Shown here piece by piece: positions 26,200 to 40,049 of a stretch of DNA of 64,000 bases. Position numbers and translations under genes: made by a program. How positions within the stretch are numbered: position 1 is the stretch's first letter; every line of letters begins with the position of its first letter. The stretch is from Octopus vulgaris (Eukaryota): the NCBI GenBank assembly GCA_951406725.2, contig OX597832.1, forward strand, positions 1,984,001 through 2,048,000. The letters are read 5' to 3'. Below the pieces are notes generated by a model. That model saw only the letters and a list, made by a program, of their open reading frames with translations. It was not told the origin of the DNA and did not search any database.

Positions 26200-26960
26200 G
26201 TCTTTGCTAGTATTGTTAGTATAATCGTTCCCCAATTGTCTTTTGGGAAAACATGAATGAGGAGAAATTTGAAAATGACATGCAAAATAGAAAAAGGAAG
26301 GTGTAGTAAAGAAAAAACAGGATTACATAAGTGACTATGAAAGTCATACCAGAGAAGACTAGGAAAAATAGAAAAGTCAAATAAAAATTATCTGAAGTTA
26401 CCCCGGCACACTCAGCCAGTTGAAAAACACACACGGTCAATTACTTAGACATGAGTATCATAGTTTACTGAATCGATCCTATCAGGTTCGAATCTTAGGT
26501 CATTTCGCTTCAGTGTCTCAGGTTCTGTATTCAGCAAGAGATATTACGCTCTTGAGATATTACATGATGGGGTTCCAAAAAAATATTTTTCAGTTAACTA
26601 ATATTTTCATGTAGTTTACATCAATATAGCTAAATCAGTAACTATTGATTGAAAAGTTGGGAGATTTATCTGCAGAACTTTTTTTGCCATCTTCACCAAC
26701 AGTAAATTACAAGTAAATTCGTGACTGGTGGTATCTTTTAATTCTCTGTTCATTTTGTGAAAGACAATTCAGTAACAGATACACAGTAGATCATCGATGG
26801 CAATATTACGAAAGGAATATTAGACCAACGGTACTTCACATGCTTATGGTAACTACATTCCGAAGTCTAACATATTTTGAGAGATTTTGTAGCATTAGCA
26901 CTGTCGTATCAATAATAACTGATTCTTTAAATTCGATCACACGTTCCTCACAGTAACACC
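26200..26960 (-). pseudogene. Possible decayed CGGBP1-related hAT transposase N-terminus
   Basis: EERVIEFKESVIIDTTVLM resembles the CGGBP1/zf-BED start; EFTCNLL downstream; many stops and frameshifts. Confidence 0.3.
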
Positions 26961-27914
26961 TACCGATTCCTCCTGATCATTTTTAGGCATTAGACCACAT
27001 AAAGTAAAGTATTTGTCTACCATTATATAAAGTATACATTGTTCAGGAATAGGTACACAAATTTCTTATGTTTTCTAGCATACAATCCAACGGATAGTTT
27101 GTGCTTTGTGTCTCATTTGTTTAACACAATATACACCAAGGTGAACAGCCATACTGAAACTATTAACTTTTTCTTCCTTCCGTCTCATTTTGTCTCTCTT
27201 TCTTTCTTCCTCATACACTATATCTTTTTTTCTTTTTTACCGGTTAAGTGAATCGCTACTTCCATAGCACAGGAAGCGTGAAAAAATACAGCCCCCACAA
27301 TTCTTTAACTAAAACATCAGCGCCGCCTCCACTCAGCTTTTCCGACACTTTATATCTGATCAACTGCTAAATTTGTTTAGTTCGAAATAACTTGAGACGT
27401 GACTTGTAACTTAAACTGATGCAAATGTTCTTTTGGATGATAGCTGTAGTTTAATGGTGGTGAGTGTGGCGACGGCGTTAATGGCAGAATATGTATTATG
27501 CTGCAGTTAACGTTGCTTCATTAGTCTTCATGTCAAGTTATTTTTTACAAGACATCACCAGAAGTAAAATCTGTTTTCAATATTCAAATGTAAGCTTGAA
27601 AGAGAAATTTGATTTTGGTGTATTTATAATCGCTTTGTGGGGTGTTGTTTGTTATTTGCAACCTTTGTTAATAATATTCTTGACGTCAATCATAACATTT
27701 GCATTAAATAAGGGGAAAAAAATCCAAGCTTAAAACAACTATTCTAATGTTCTTGACCTGCTAGAAGTGTAGCCAATCCACCCTAATATTACACCTTGCC
27801 ATTTTAGATAATGATACTTCGGAAATTCAGAACAAAGGGATTGATCACCGCCAGAATCATGCCTGTAATCATAGCTCTATTAGATCAAGACAGGCCTGGT
27901 ACTGAACATCAACA

Positions 27915-27947
27915 AGACAGACAGACAGACAGACTGATAGATAACTT

Positions 27948-28015
<68 letters not shown>

Positions 28016-28210
28016 TGTTTCTTTATTAGCCACACAGGGCTGCACACAGATAGAACAAATTACAAGGTAGAGCTTTTCTTTTGGGGGTTAAAAAAGGGAG
28101 TGGTGGTTTTCGATCAAAAGGGATCGTAAAAGGAAAAAAAGAGGACTAAAAAAAAGGGAGGGGTTAAAAAAAAAATTTTAAAAAAAGATAGATAGATAGA
28201 TAGATAGATT
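27915..28210. repeat. (GATA)n tract interrupted by a ~170-bp LINE-like 3' end (28017-28185, - strand)
   Basis: (-) ccttgtaatttgttctatctgtgtgcagccctgtgtggctAATAAAgaaaca, then (TATC)n. Confidence 0.7.
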
Positions 28211-28315
28211 TATGTGCAAATACAAGCATGTTTGCGTGTGTGCCTTTTCCCGCTATAGATAGATATATAAGGCTTATAAAGGGGAGCAAAAAGCTGGTAC
28301 TTCAGCTTCTGTGAG

Positions 28316-28318
<3 letters not shown>

Positions 28319-28395
<77 letters not shown>
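28319..28395. repeat. (TA)n microsatellite
   Basis: direct. Confidence 0.95.
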
Positions 28396-29390
28396 CAGAA
28401 TCTATGAAAATTTCAGATGTCTATATTTTTGTCGATAGTGAGGTTTATTGATATTTATACAATATTGATCCATGTCTGTCAAATTTACTAATCGATTTCG
28501 TACACAGGGCATTGGGAAGATCAATCTCACCACTCGCCAAAAGGGCTGAGAGAAAAAGTTTGGTGATGGTCCTGAAGTGCCACAACCGTTTTGCCGGTAT
28601 CGTAAAAACCGGAATGGAAAAGCCACGGATGAAACCCAAAGAAGAACTCTTTTGTTCGTTAGAATTAAGCCCCTTGGATAGGGAGCATACAGTACCATCA
28701 TGGTGTATAGCGTAAAATACAGAGTGGGTACATGCGGGATAGCGGGGTGATGTATGTGCGTGGGAGGAGGTTAGTGGGGATGGGAGGGACCAATCTTAAA
28801 ATCACGTATGAACGTGTATGTGTTTGTATATGTATATAATAATCTTGGTGTAGCAAACCTCATACAATCCCATCCTGCATACACCCCAACCCCTACGCCG
28901 CTCCACAGGCATTTACCTATCCAATGAGCGTAACAAGCGAACAAAACCAAAAATCTTTTTTTAGGTCTCTCCAACGGTTTTTCGTTCCGGTTTTTTCATA
29001 CGACAACCCACAAACTGGACCTAACATTTTCTTGCGTCCAAAGGCAAAGAGCCGTCGCTTGACCTTCCCAGTTATCTCTTCTGATAAGTGCCGAGAATGG
29101 CTTTCCAAACTTTCATGTAGTACTTAGTAGCACTTTAAGTAGTACTTAGATTATATTTAAATTGTATCAGTTCGAATATTCGCATATAATTTCATAAAAA
29201 ATATGAGCATAATGTAAATACCCACCTATTATTCCCTAATATGTATAATTGCAAAACCTCACCAACACATAAGCGTATTACTCTAAATAATTACTCCTTC
29301 AATAATTTTTTAGTTATTATTTTTAAAGACATTCTTTTTATATTTCGTGTAAATATTTCCAAACAGTACAGAATGTCATCCATTAATATT

Positions 29391-29600
29391 TCAAATTTTG
29401 GCACAAGGCCAACAATTTTGAGGGAGAGGGTGAGTCTATTACATCGATCCCAGTACTTCGCTGATACTTAATTTATCGATCGGGAAAAGATGAAAGACGA
29501 AGTCGACCTCGGCGGAATTTGAACTGAGAACGTAAAGACGGACGAAATGCTGCTAAGCATTTTGCCGGAGTGCTAACGATTCTGCCAGCCCATCGCCTAG
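29391..29600 (-). mobile_element. SINE1 with 14-bp TSD
   Basis: TSD catccattaatatt at 29377-29390 and 29601-29614. Confidence 0.9.
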
Positions 29601-29899
29601 CATCCATTAATATTGACATTTAGAAACTTTCCTGGAACGCGTATACCGCGACATGACAACTCGAACTATCAATTTATCCATTCAGTTTTCAAGATTTTGT
29701 AAGTCTCATTCGAACCCGTACAATTTTCCATATATATATATGTATATATATGCATGCATAATACACGCAGTCACATAACGTCATGAACATATCCGCTTAT
29801 AGTATAGCGTAGTCTTGTCACTTTTAATATTGATTCTATTTATTATTTCCTTTTCTTTTATTTCCATCTCCATAGCTAACGGAAAAAGTAGGAAAAGAG

Positions 29900-30620
29900 A
29901 TGAGATACCTGTTTTGATAGATAACAAAGACGTAGAAATGATGCTTGGTCATAAGGAGTCATAAGGAGTCAAACGGGAAAAGACTGTTGACCAGTTAAAT
30001 AAAATGGATATCATTTGCTTGTTTATCTTGCCTGTTATCAATGATGAATGTAACAAATACTTCGAATTAACGTACTGCGGGGGCTGAGTAAAACTAGAGT
30101 AACAAAGGAGTACTTCAACAGACTGTTGAAGATATGGGAGCTAGAGTTGTCTACATTCAATAAAAATTTATCCCACAATGATTTTGCAGTGCCAATGCTA
30201 CTTCCAACATTTACTACACGGGAAGCTTGAAGAAATTTGCAACTTGGACCTAGGAACTAGAAAGATACTAACAAAGTACCAGTAGCTTGCACATCACCAG
30301 TGACCATGAGAAGATATATGATAAACGGAAGGGGAGGGGCAGAGGTTGAGTCAACATTGCCTTTCAGTACCGCATCGTATTATTTTGACAGCACAGAAAG
30401 AAGAGTTGAGAGAAATTAGTACAAATGGGTAAACTTAACAGTGAAATAATATTATAACACTAAGCGAAGAACTCTGTGGAGCTGTTCCATGTGAACCAAA
30501 GGTAGCAGAACTGATCCATATAAACAAAAGTTTAAAAGAGAAATACTCATCATATAAGGAAATTATGCATGACCGCATAATCCGCAAGCTAGCAACATTG
30601 GATGTTTTGGGGAAAAGGAA
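29900..30620 (+). mobile_element. Old R4/Dong-type RT C-terminal relic
   Basis: KEYFNRLLKIWELELSTFNK..FAVPML aligns with KEYYRRVRSILKTELNAKNK..LAVPVI of ORF 34622. Confidence 0.65.
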
Positions 30621-31229
30621 AACTAATGAAAATCTTAAAACCGTTATATCCAGGCTGCTCCAGGTACACTGGAGTATGTAACAATATATTTACATAAAAA
30701 CGTGGAAGTGCAAAAGTTTTTTTTTTAAAAGTGCAAAGCAAACTGGTTCACATTCTCCAAATCCAATCAATTAGCAGTGCAATAATATATTTTAAAGATC
30801 CCAGGGTTGAACGCATACACATACGGAATATACAGACATACATACACACATAAACAGTAATGATGAACGCGCACGCACAAGCACACACATACACAGGCAT
30901 ACTTGTGGGATAAATTGACACGTAAACCCACTACACGAGTGCAAATTTATCCACATGCACACACACACCCATTCAACTAACCAATTCTCATATCCACGAA
31001 ACCCAAGACCTATTTTGACAAGAGAGCCTTCTCTCTTTCTTCGATATCGGCTTCAATACCATAATTTTTTTATAGCTTTCGTCTTTCACTTCTTTCAGCT
31101 ATTGGACTGCGGCCATGCAGGGGCACTGCCTTGAAGGGTTTCCCAATAATGAGAGAAAAACTTAAATAACAGGAAACAATACATTTACATAAATATACAC
31201 GTACATACATATATATATAAATTCATACA

Positions 31230-31432
31230 CACACACACGTACGTACATACATACATACATACATACATACATACATACATACATACATACATACATACAT
31301 ACATAATACATACATACATACATAATACATACATACATACATACATGCATGCATGCATGCATGCATACATACATAGATACATACATACATACATACATAC
31401 ATACATACATACATACATACATACATACATAC
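31230..31432. repeat. (CATA)n microsatellite
   Basis: direct. Confidence 0.95.
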
Positions 31433-31944
31433 AAAACAAATCTGCGTATTTACTTTTCATCAAAAACGAAACACAGCGAAACAATGCAACGGCAGTATTT
31501 ATACGATTGACTTCGTCACTGGTTCTGTCGTAAATTCCATTTATCTGCTTGCATCTAATGTTATTCGTTGATTTTTACGCAAGTGAAACATCATCATCAT
31601 CAGCAACAACAACAATGTCACTTTGGCAAATTTTGTTTGTCGATCTGCCTGCCTGAATATATTGTTATTCTTCGTTATTTACCTGACTACAACAACAGCA
31701 ACAATGTACAGTAACAACTTGGAAGTCTAATGTGAGTCAAGAATCGGTTGTTTGAAAGAAGTCTTTACAAAATTCGATTAACAAACACTGTCACAGTTAA
31801 CACTACTACTATACATACTTCTGCTACGTCTGCAGCTGCTATTAATTTCACTACTGCTGTTATTACTACCACTAATATTAGTTGTAGTAATAATACTACC
31901 ACTACTACTACCACATTAATAATAATAATCTTTTCTACAAAAGG

Positions 31945-32308
31945 TGGAGGCGCAATAGCCCAGTGATTAGGACAGTGGACTCTCGTCGTAGGATCGCGGT
32001 TTCGATTCCCAGACCGGGCGTTGTGAGTGTTTATTGAGCGAAAACATCTTAAGCTCCACGGGGCTCCGGCAGGAGATGGTGACGAACCCTGCTGTACTTT
32101 CTCTCACGCTTTCTTCTTGTTTCTGTTGTACCTGTATTTCAAAGGACCAGCCTTGTCACACTCTGTGTCACGCTGAATCTCCCTGATAACTACGTTAAGT
32201 GTACACGTGTCTGTGGAGTGCTCAGCCATTTGCACGTTAATTTCACGAGGAGGCTGTTCCGTTGATCGGATCAACTGGAACCGTCATCGTCGTAACCGAC
32301 GGAGTGTC
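31945..32308 (+). mobile_element. tRNA-derived SINE ('SINE3'), nested in the tail of a minus-strand SINE1
   Basis: tagcccagtgattagg A-box, gtttcgattccc B-box; matches 43123-43518. Confidence 0.88.
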
Positions 32309-32311
32309 ACG

Positions 32312-32505
32312 ATAGGCAAAAGACCTGAAATTTGGGGGGTGGGGTTAGTCGATTATCTCGACTCCAGTACTAGACTGGTATTTATTTTAACGATCCCGAG
32401 AGATGAAAGGCAAAGTCGACCTAGACGGAATTTGAACTCAGAACATAAAGGCGGACGAATTGCCGCTAAGCATCTTGACTGTTGTGCTAACGATTCTGCT
32501 AGCTC
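32312..32505 (-). mobile_element. SINE1
   Basis: reverse complement of the SINE1 body; its tail continues at ~31920-31944. Confidence 0.82.
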
Positions 32506-32507
32506 TC

Positions 32508-32776
32508 GAGTGTGGAGTTTAAAGACAGAAACAATTCTTATCATAGTAGGCGCATTAGGCATGATTAAAAAATATTCAAATACATAACAAAAACATCGGC
32601 ACTAACAAGTATATATAACATACAGAAAATAACACTACTAGGCACCGCACACATCCTACGTACACCACTTTCAATACAGTAATAATAAGAGCATTACAAC
32701 AAACCACAGCACATACCTAAGGCACACAGAACTGCGCTCGGTAGTGCAGTTAGAGCACGTGATAAAAATGAGTCTA

Positions 32777-32781
<5 letters not shown>
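32508..32781 (+). mobile_element. R4/Dong family A 3' fragment
   Basis: WSLKTETILIIVGALGMIKK; 3' UTR ...ctactga then (ATA)n; matches 59995-60280. Confidence 0.88.
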
Positions 32782-32836
<55 letters not shown>

Positions 32837-35687
32837 TGATAGATCTACGATCTATCAGCACCAGATCATCTCCAACCCCAAACACCATGTACAAAATATT
32901 ATAAATAGATTAAATAATACCGGTATTATTCAACCCAAGAATAACAATCAGGAAGTGCGTACTTTGAACTTGCTACACAAAATGTACGAAAAACTGCACG
33001 CACAGAACAATGTGGCAACAGAAATGAACGAACTGGTACCCTACGAAAATGATGACCGTCAAAACAAAGGGCCGGAAGTTGTTCCTTATGTCCCGCAAAT
33101 AAAACCAAAAAGGCATAAATGGACACGTGAGGAATATATTTCAATCCTACACGCTTACTGTACAGCAGTGCTCTACCCAAAGAACGAAAACACAACAACA
33201 TATACATATAAAATATGGAAGAAAAATAACATAAATAAAGACTTGGATACAGCAATGAACCCTAATAAACTAGCTAGCATACGAAGATATATTCTCAACG
33301 CAAAAAAAATATCAGAAATAGAAATAGAACATTTACAAGAAAAAATACACCAGGAAAATGTAGATAGAAGTCACACAACAATGCCAAATAATATAAACAC
33401 TGAGTTAGTAAAACACGAAGACAAACGTAACATTCCCAACAAAAACCAACAAACCCAGACCGTACGAAAAGCAGCAAACCAAAACACGACAGAAAAACAT
33501 ACGAATGAGAAAGAAAGCGGCACAAATCTAAAACCTGGAAACAACGAAGGGGAGCCTAATGATTATGATACTATAAAAAGTAGTATAATCAAAGAACTGA
33601 AAACCACAGATCTCAGAATGGACCACCGACCATACCTCCCAAAAATCAAAATAGACAAAAAAACAACATCAATAATAAATAGCATAAACCTAGTCGTCAC
33701 GGAACTAATAGCCACTGAAACAAATAGCAATATCACTGAGCTAAATGATAGTATATGCAGCAGCCACAAAAGATGATGGATACTCACTCAAACCCACCCA
33801 GACAGGAGTACCACCACCCAAACAAACCCTGTGGATAAATAACATTAAAAAAAATACAAAAAATGAGAAAAGATCTGTCGATTCTTAACGAAATCAGTAG
33901 ACAGTCAACGCTACTATGCAACAAAAAGAAAACAAAAATACTATGCAAATAAAACATCACAGAAAAAGATTTACCTGAGATAAAAGAAAAGCTAAAGCAA
34001 TATGTCCTTGCCAAAGCACAAAGGATCCGCTGGTATGAGAAACGCCAACGTTTCTTTGAACAAAACAAACAGTTCAACTCCAACCCCAAAAAGTTCTACC
34101 AAGAACTTGGCAAAAATAAAATAGCAGCACCAACGGTAGAAGAAGTGGAAGAATTCTGGAAAGAAGTATGGTCGGCGAATGAACAACCACAGAAAGGGAG
34201 TATTAATACAACAAACTTGGCATCTGAGCAACTCTGGACCCCCATAACAACTGAAGAGGTCACCTAGGCACTGCAAAGCCTAATCAACTGGAAGGCACCT
34301 GGACACGACAAGATCCCCAACTTCTGGTTGAAATATCTGACTGGAATGCACAAAAAGCTGGCTGAAAACTTTAACAACATACTGGCAGAGCCAAAGACAA
34401 TGCCTGAATGGCTCACAAAAGGGAAAACCATCTTAATTCCCAAATCCAATGAGACAGCAAAACCAGAAAACTACAGACCAATAACCTGCCTCCCTACTAT
34501 GTACAAAGCCTTTACTGCAGTAATATCGCAAAGATTGAACAAGCACCTGGACGAAAACAAACTGTTTCCTGAAGAGCAGAAATGATGCCGCAAGGGCTCA
34601 TGTGGCTGTAAAGATCAACTAATGATCAATAAAGCCATAACTGAAGACAGCTACAGAAAGAAGAAAGGCCTCAGTATTGCCTGGATCGACTACCGAAAGG
34701 CGTTTGATAGCATCCCCCACACATGGATCCTCGAAACACTAGCCATTAACAAAGTAGCACCAACAATTATAAAATACATAGGACACTCTACGAATAAATG
34801 TCAGACAGTGCTACAGCTCCAAACAAAAGAGGGACTCGTGAAAACCAAAGCCATTCCCATCAGAAGAGGAATATTCCAGGGAGACACGCTATCTCCACTC
34901 CTTTTCTGCTTGGCACTGTCACCTCTATCTGATATGATAAATAGAACTGGATGCGGATATAAATGTTACGGCAAAACGATCAGCCACCTTTTATATATGG
35001 ATGACCTAAAACTATACGCTACAAGTGACAAACAGCTGGAAACACTACTAAAGACAGTTCATGGATTCACCAAAGAAATAGATATGAATTTTGGATTAGA
35101 AAAATGTGCCATAGTAACCCTGAAAAGAGGAAAACTAGTTAAGAGTAGCAACATCACACTAGATAAAGCCAATGAAATAAGAGAATTAGACCAAAGCCAA
35201 ACTTACAAATATTTAAGAATCCATGAACTAGATAAGATACAACACACACAATTGAAAAAGAAAATAAAAAAAGAATATTATAGACGAGTTAGGTCAATAC
35301 TAAAAACAGAGCTCAATGCTAAAAACAAAATAATAGGTATTAACACATTAGCCGTTCCAGTTATAAGTTACAGCTACAATATCCTTAAGTGGACACTAAA
35401 TGAACTGACCAAAATAGATAGGAAAACAAGAAAAATAATGACAGGACCTAGGATGCATCACCCAAAATCTGACGTAGAAAGGCTATATATACAACGTATA
35501 GAAGGTGGTAGAGGCCTTATACAGCTGGAAAACTATTATAAAATAACCACCATAGGACTGCAAAAATATCTACTTCAGAAGCAAGGAAAACTGATACAAA
35601 TAGAGGTAAAACACGAGCAAAACAAAAAACTGTTCTCAGTATTTAAGGAAGCTGAACGATTCAAGCAAGAAATCATACCACCTAACA

Positions 35688-35771
<84 letters not shown>

Positions 35772-36564
35772 AAGAAGAAGAAGAAGAAGAAGAAGAAGAA
35801 GAAGAAGAAGAAGAAGGAGGAGGAGGAGGAGGAGGAGGAGGAGGAGGAGGAGGAGAAGAAGCAACAAAAGCTGTAAAACAAATGAAATCCAAACTAAAAC
35901 TAGAACAGCAACGGACCATGATAAAACGATGGCAAGAAAAGCCCCTTCATGGCAAATACTGGACTAAACTAAATGCAAAAGAAATAGACAAAGAAAAATC
36001 CCAGCAATGGTTAAGAAGCTCAGGACTCAAAGCAGAGACAGAGGGATTTTTAATTGCAGCACAAGACCAAAGCCTCCCCACCAGAAATTACCATAAACGC
36101 ATAATGAACAACAAAAGATGGTATAGGCAGACACCAGAAAAGGTCACAGAAAACGCGAGAGCAACCATACTCTGGGATATGCCAATACACACAGACAGAT
36201 AAGTTAAGGCCAACAGACCAGATATAGTTGTCAGAGATCATGAAGAAAATAAATGCTTTCTAATTGATGTATCAATACCAGCAGATGACAACGTATCTCT
36301 AAAAGAAATGGAGAAGCTTACAAAATACAATGACCTGGAAATAGAGGTAACTCGAATGTGGAATCTACAAACAGAACCAATTCCTACCATTACCAGGAGT
36401 AGCTGTGTGGTAAGTAGCTTGCTAACCAACCACATAGTTCCAGGTTCAGTCCCACTGCGTGGCATCTTGGGCAAATGTCTTCTGCTATAGCCCCGGGCCG
36501 ACCAATGCCTTGTGAGTGGATTTGGTAGACAGAAACTGAAAGAAGCCTGTCGTATATATGTATA

Positions 36565-36641
<77 letters not shown>

Positions 36642-36950
36642 GTCTGTGTTTGTCCCCCTAGCATTGCTTGACAACCGATGCTGGTGTGTTTACGTCCCCG
36701 TCACTTAGCTGTTCGGCAAAAGAGACCGATAGAATAAGTACTGGGCTTACAAAGAATAAGTCCCGGGCTCGATTTGCTCGACTAAAGGCGGTGCTCCAAC
36801 ATGGCCGCAGTCAAATGACTGAAACAAGTAAAAGAGTAAGAGTAAAAAGAGTATAGTAGGTGCATTAGGCATGATAAAAAATATTCAGACGAATACATAA
36901 CAAAAACACCAGGACTTACAAACACATATAACATACAGAAAATTGCACTA
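32837..36950 (+). mobile_element. Near-full-length R4/Dong-type LINE (family A), inactivated
   Basis: N-terminal KRHKWTREE; RT PENYRPITCL, AWIDYRKAFDS, GIFQGDTLSPLLF, HLLYMDDLKLY; ETEGFLIAAQDQ; RLE RPDIVV..IDVSIP..EK..KY; stops, frameshifts, microsatellite at 35690-35860, SINE2 insertion, CCHC region deleted; (TAA)n flanks. Confidence 0.95.
36393..36853 (+). mobile_element. SINE2 inserted in the Dong RLE region
   Basis: matches 4027-4479; the LINE resumes (tagtaggtgcattagg) right after it. Confidence 0.92.
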
Positions 36951-37065
36951 CTGCTCTCTCACTCAATAATGATAATAATATTTTTTAAAGGATTGACGTA
37001 ACTCTTCACAAAGGTAAACAGTTAAGACGAAGGGCGCGATTCGATTGTAATAGATATTTTATTGG

Positions 37066-37108
37066 TTGAACGATATTTCGACAGTAAGACTGTCTTTTTC
37101 AAGTTCAA
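37066..37108 (-). ncRNA. Minimal type-I hammerhead ribozyme, U3-A8 core variant, in an inverted pLTR-like segment upstream of a Penelope ORF
   Basis: (-) TTGAAC-TTGAAAA-A-GACAG-tctta-CTGTC-GAAA-TA-TC-GTTCAA; perfect stems I and II; AATAAA follows 2 nt later. Confidence 0.8.
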
Positions 37109-37199
37109 GATAAGAGGTAATAAAAATTCAAAATTATAGAAATTTAAATTTAAAGTATGAACGAGAGCAACCACCGTTGATGGAATGCCATCATCAGTC

Positions 37200-38555
37200 T
37201 TGAAGTTTCAGTTTTATCCACATGCACACACATGAAAAAAGTGGTAACGAGTAGTCAGAAAACCTATGCTTACTGAAAATAAAAATTATGATGATCGAAT
37301 CTGGCATTTTTGGATTGAAAAGAATCCAAATTGGTATCTAGATAAAGTTCAGGATGGATGTTCACAAGCACTACTGGAATTTCTTGAATCATGTCAGGCA
37401 GGCATTAGAGAAAGCCTTAAAACAAGTGTAAAGAAGTCCTAGAATAACCTCACAAATGCCCAACGTTACACACTCCGACGTCTAGCTAATAACGATTCTA
37501 TTGTTATTAAAATGGCCAGTAAGGAAGGCGCTATCGTAATTATGGTCAAAAGTGAGTATATTTCGGCTTGTGAAGAAGTATTAAATGACAAAACTTCATA
37601 TGAAGAATTGCCTGTCTATCCAAATCTTAATTACAGAAAGGAACTTGACGAAATAATTCTGAAAATGGAGGAAATCAATTTCAATTTACGGTCAGAGAGA
37701 ACACCTGTATCTTATGGTCTCCCTAAAATACACAAAAAGTTCGAAAGATTTCTTCCAATGCGTCCAATTTGCAGCGAATATGAATGTTGTACAGCCAAGA
37801 TTTTGGAATGACTGGATGACTTTCTACTCCCTGTCGCAAAATGATCAAGTTCCTATAGACGGGATACTTTTGATTTTGTGTCTAAAATCAACAACTTTTT
37901 TAAGCACCCAGGCCGTGTCGGAAACTGCATTTTGATAATCAGGGATGTTTCTTCTTTATATCCTAATATTGACCAAGATGAAGGGGTACAAGCATGCATG
38001 GATGCCTTCGAAAAGCGGTCAAACAAAAATATTCCATCAAATTTTCTCTGTTGGATATTGAGGTTTGTGATTTTTGCACCAGACAAAGGGTTGCTCCATA
38101 GGTAGTCTCATGGCAGTTAATTTCACTGTCTTCATGACGAAATTCGAGACACAGTTACTGAAGACATTCAAATCCATTCATGGTCATGAACCAATACTCA
38201 GGTTACTGTTCACTGATGACGTATTTTTGGCCTGGGAAGGATCACAGGATAGTTTAATGGACTTCCGTGACTGTTATGCTAAAGACTATGGCTTTGAGTC
38301 TCACATAAAATTTACGTCTAGCTTTTCAAAAACTAACGTTGAATTTTTGAGCACAAAAGTTAAGTTTTCTGGAGGTAGGATAGTGACAGAGTTATTTTTC
38401 AAGCCCACATCATTCCACATTTATCTTCACCGCAGTTCCGATCATCCTCATCATATTATTCGGTCAAATCCGAAATCCCAATTTTTGAGGATAAGACGGA
38501 TTTGTATTGACATAGGGGATTACTAGAAACATGCAAATGCTTTTGTATATCATTA
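37200..38555 (+). mobile_element. Decayed Penelope-like RT (second family)
   Basis: YGLPKIHK, PMRPICS, DVSSLYPNI, GCSIGS, LFTDDVF, VEFL, FFKPT..YLHRSSDHP, SQFLRIRRIC across frameshifts. Confidence 0.9.
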
Positions 38556-38589
38556 TGTCAACTTGGAGTCAACTTGTACAAATGTAAAG

Positions 38590-39602
<1,013 letters not shown>

Positions 39603-39625
39603 GTGTGTAACTATACCGGAGTGGG

Positions 39626-40048
39626 TGCTATAGCAGTTCGACAGATGATCACAACAGTTCTTTAGGAATCGACGTTACTACCATTTTAACCCCAGGATGA
39701 TGCCACCTCCCGCTTCCATCTCTTATAGAGATTTTCTATCTAGCTAATTTGCTTGTTGCAAGATTAGTGACTAGGTGTCACTTACTTTCTATATATTGCG
39801 AGCTGGAGCGAACTACTGCTATCTCTAGCGGACGAGTATTCACCACTGAGGATGTGCGCAAATAGCTCGAAACCGTACGGTTTGATGGTCCTGTCGCTGG
39901 AAGATGGTAAGGGTTCACTCTTCTGTTTGACAATATATTTCGAGTGCAGATTTCATCGAATAACCAGCTGGAGTAAACGTCCTCCGGGGGTTAAAGTGGT
40001 TGTAACGTCGGTTTCTACGGAATATCCGTGTTGAAGTGGCAAAAAACA
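39626..40048 (+). mobile_element. Probable Gypsy 3' LTR with internal ~50-bp inverted repeats and an HHR
   Basis: follows the pol stop (39602) and purine-rich ggagtggg; TG...CA ends; TATA-like ctatatatt ~39790; IR 39663-39713 vs 39967-40017. Confidence 0.5.
39841..39887 (+). ncRNA. Type-I hammerhead ribozyme motif (slightly decayed)
   Basis: CACCA-CTGAGGA-T-GTGC-gcaaata-GCTC-GAAAC-CGTACG-GTT-TGATG; perfect palindrome AAACCGTACGGTTT at helix III; one mismatch each in stems I and II. Confidence 0.65.
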
Positions 40049-40049
40049 T

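Noticed and set aside
28400-29160. GC-richer block next to (TA)n, probably a DNA-transposon/Helitron interior
   Set aside because: No termini, TSD or protein motif identified.
37175-37200. Extra HHR at (-) CTGATGATGG (also ccgatgaagagc at ~18041)
   Set aside because: No GAAA half-core or stem I at the right spacing.
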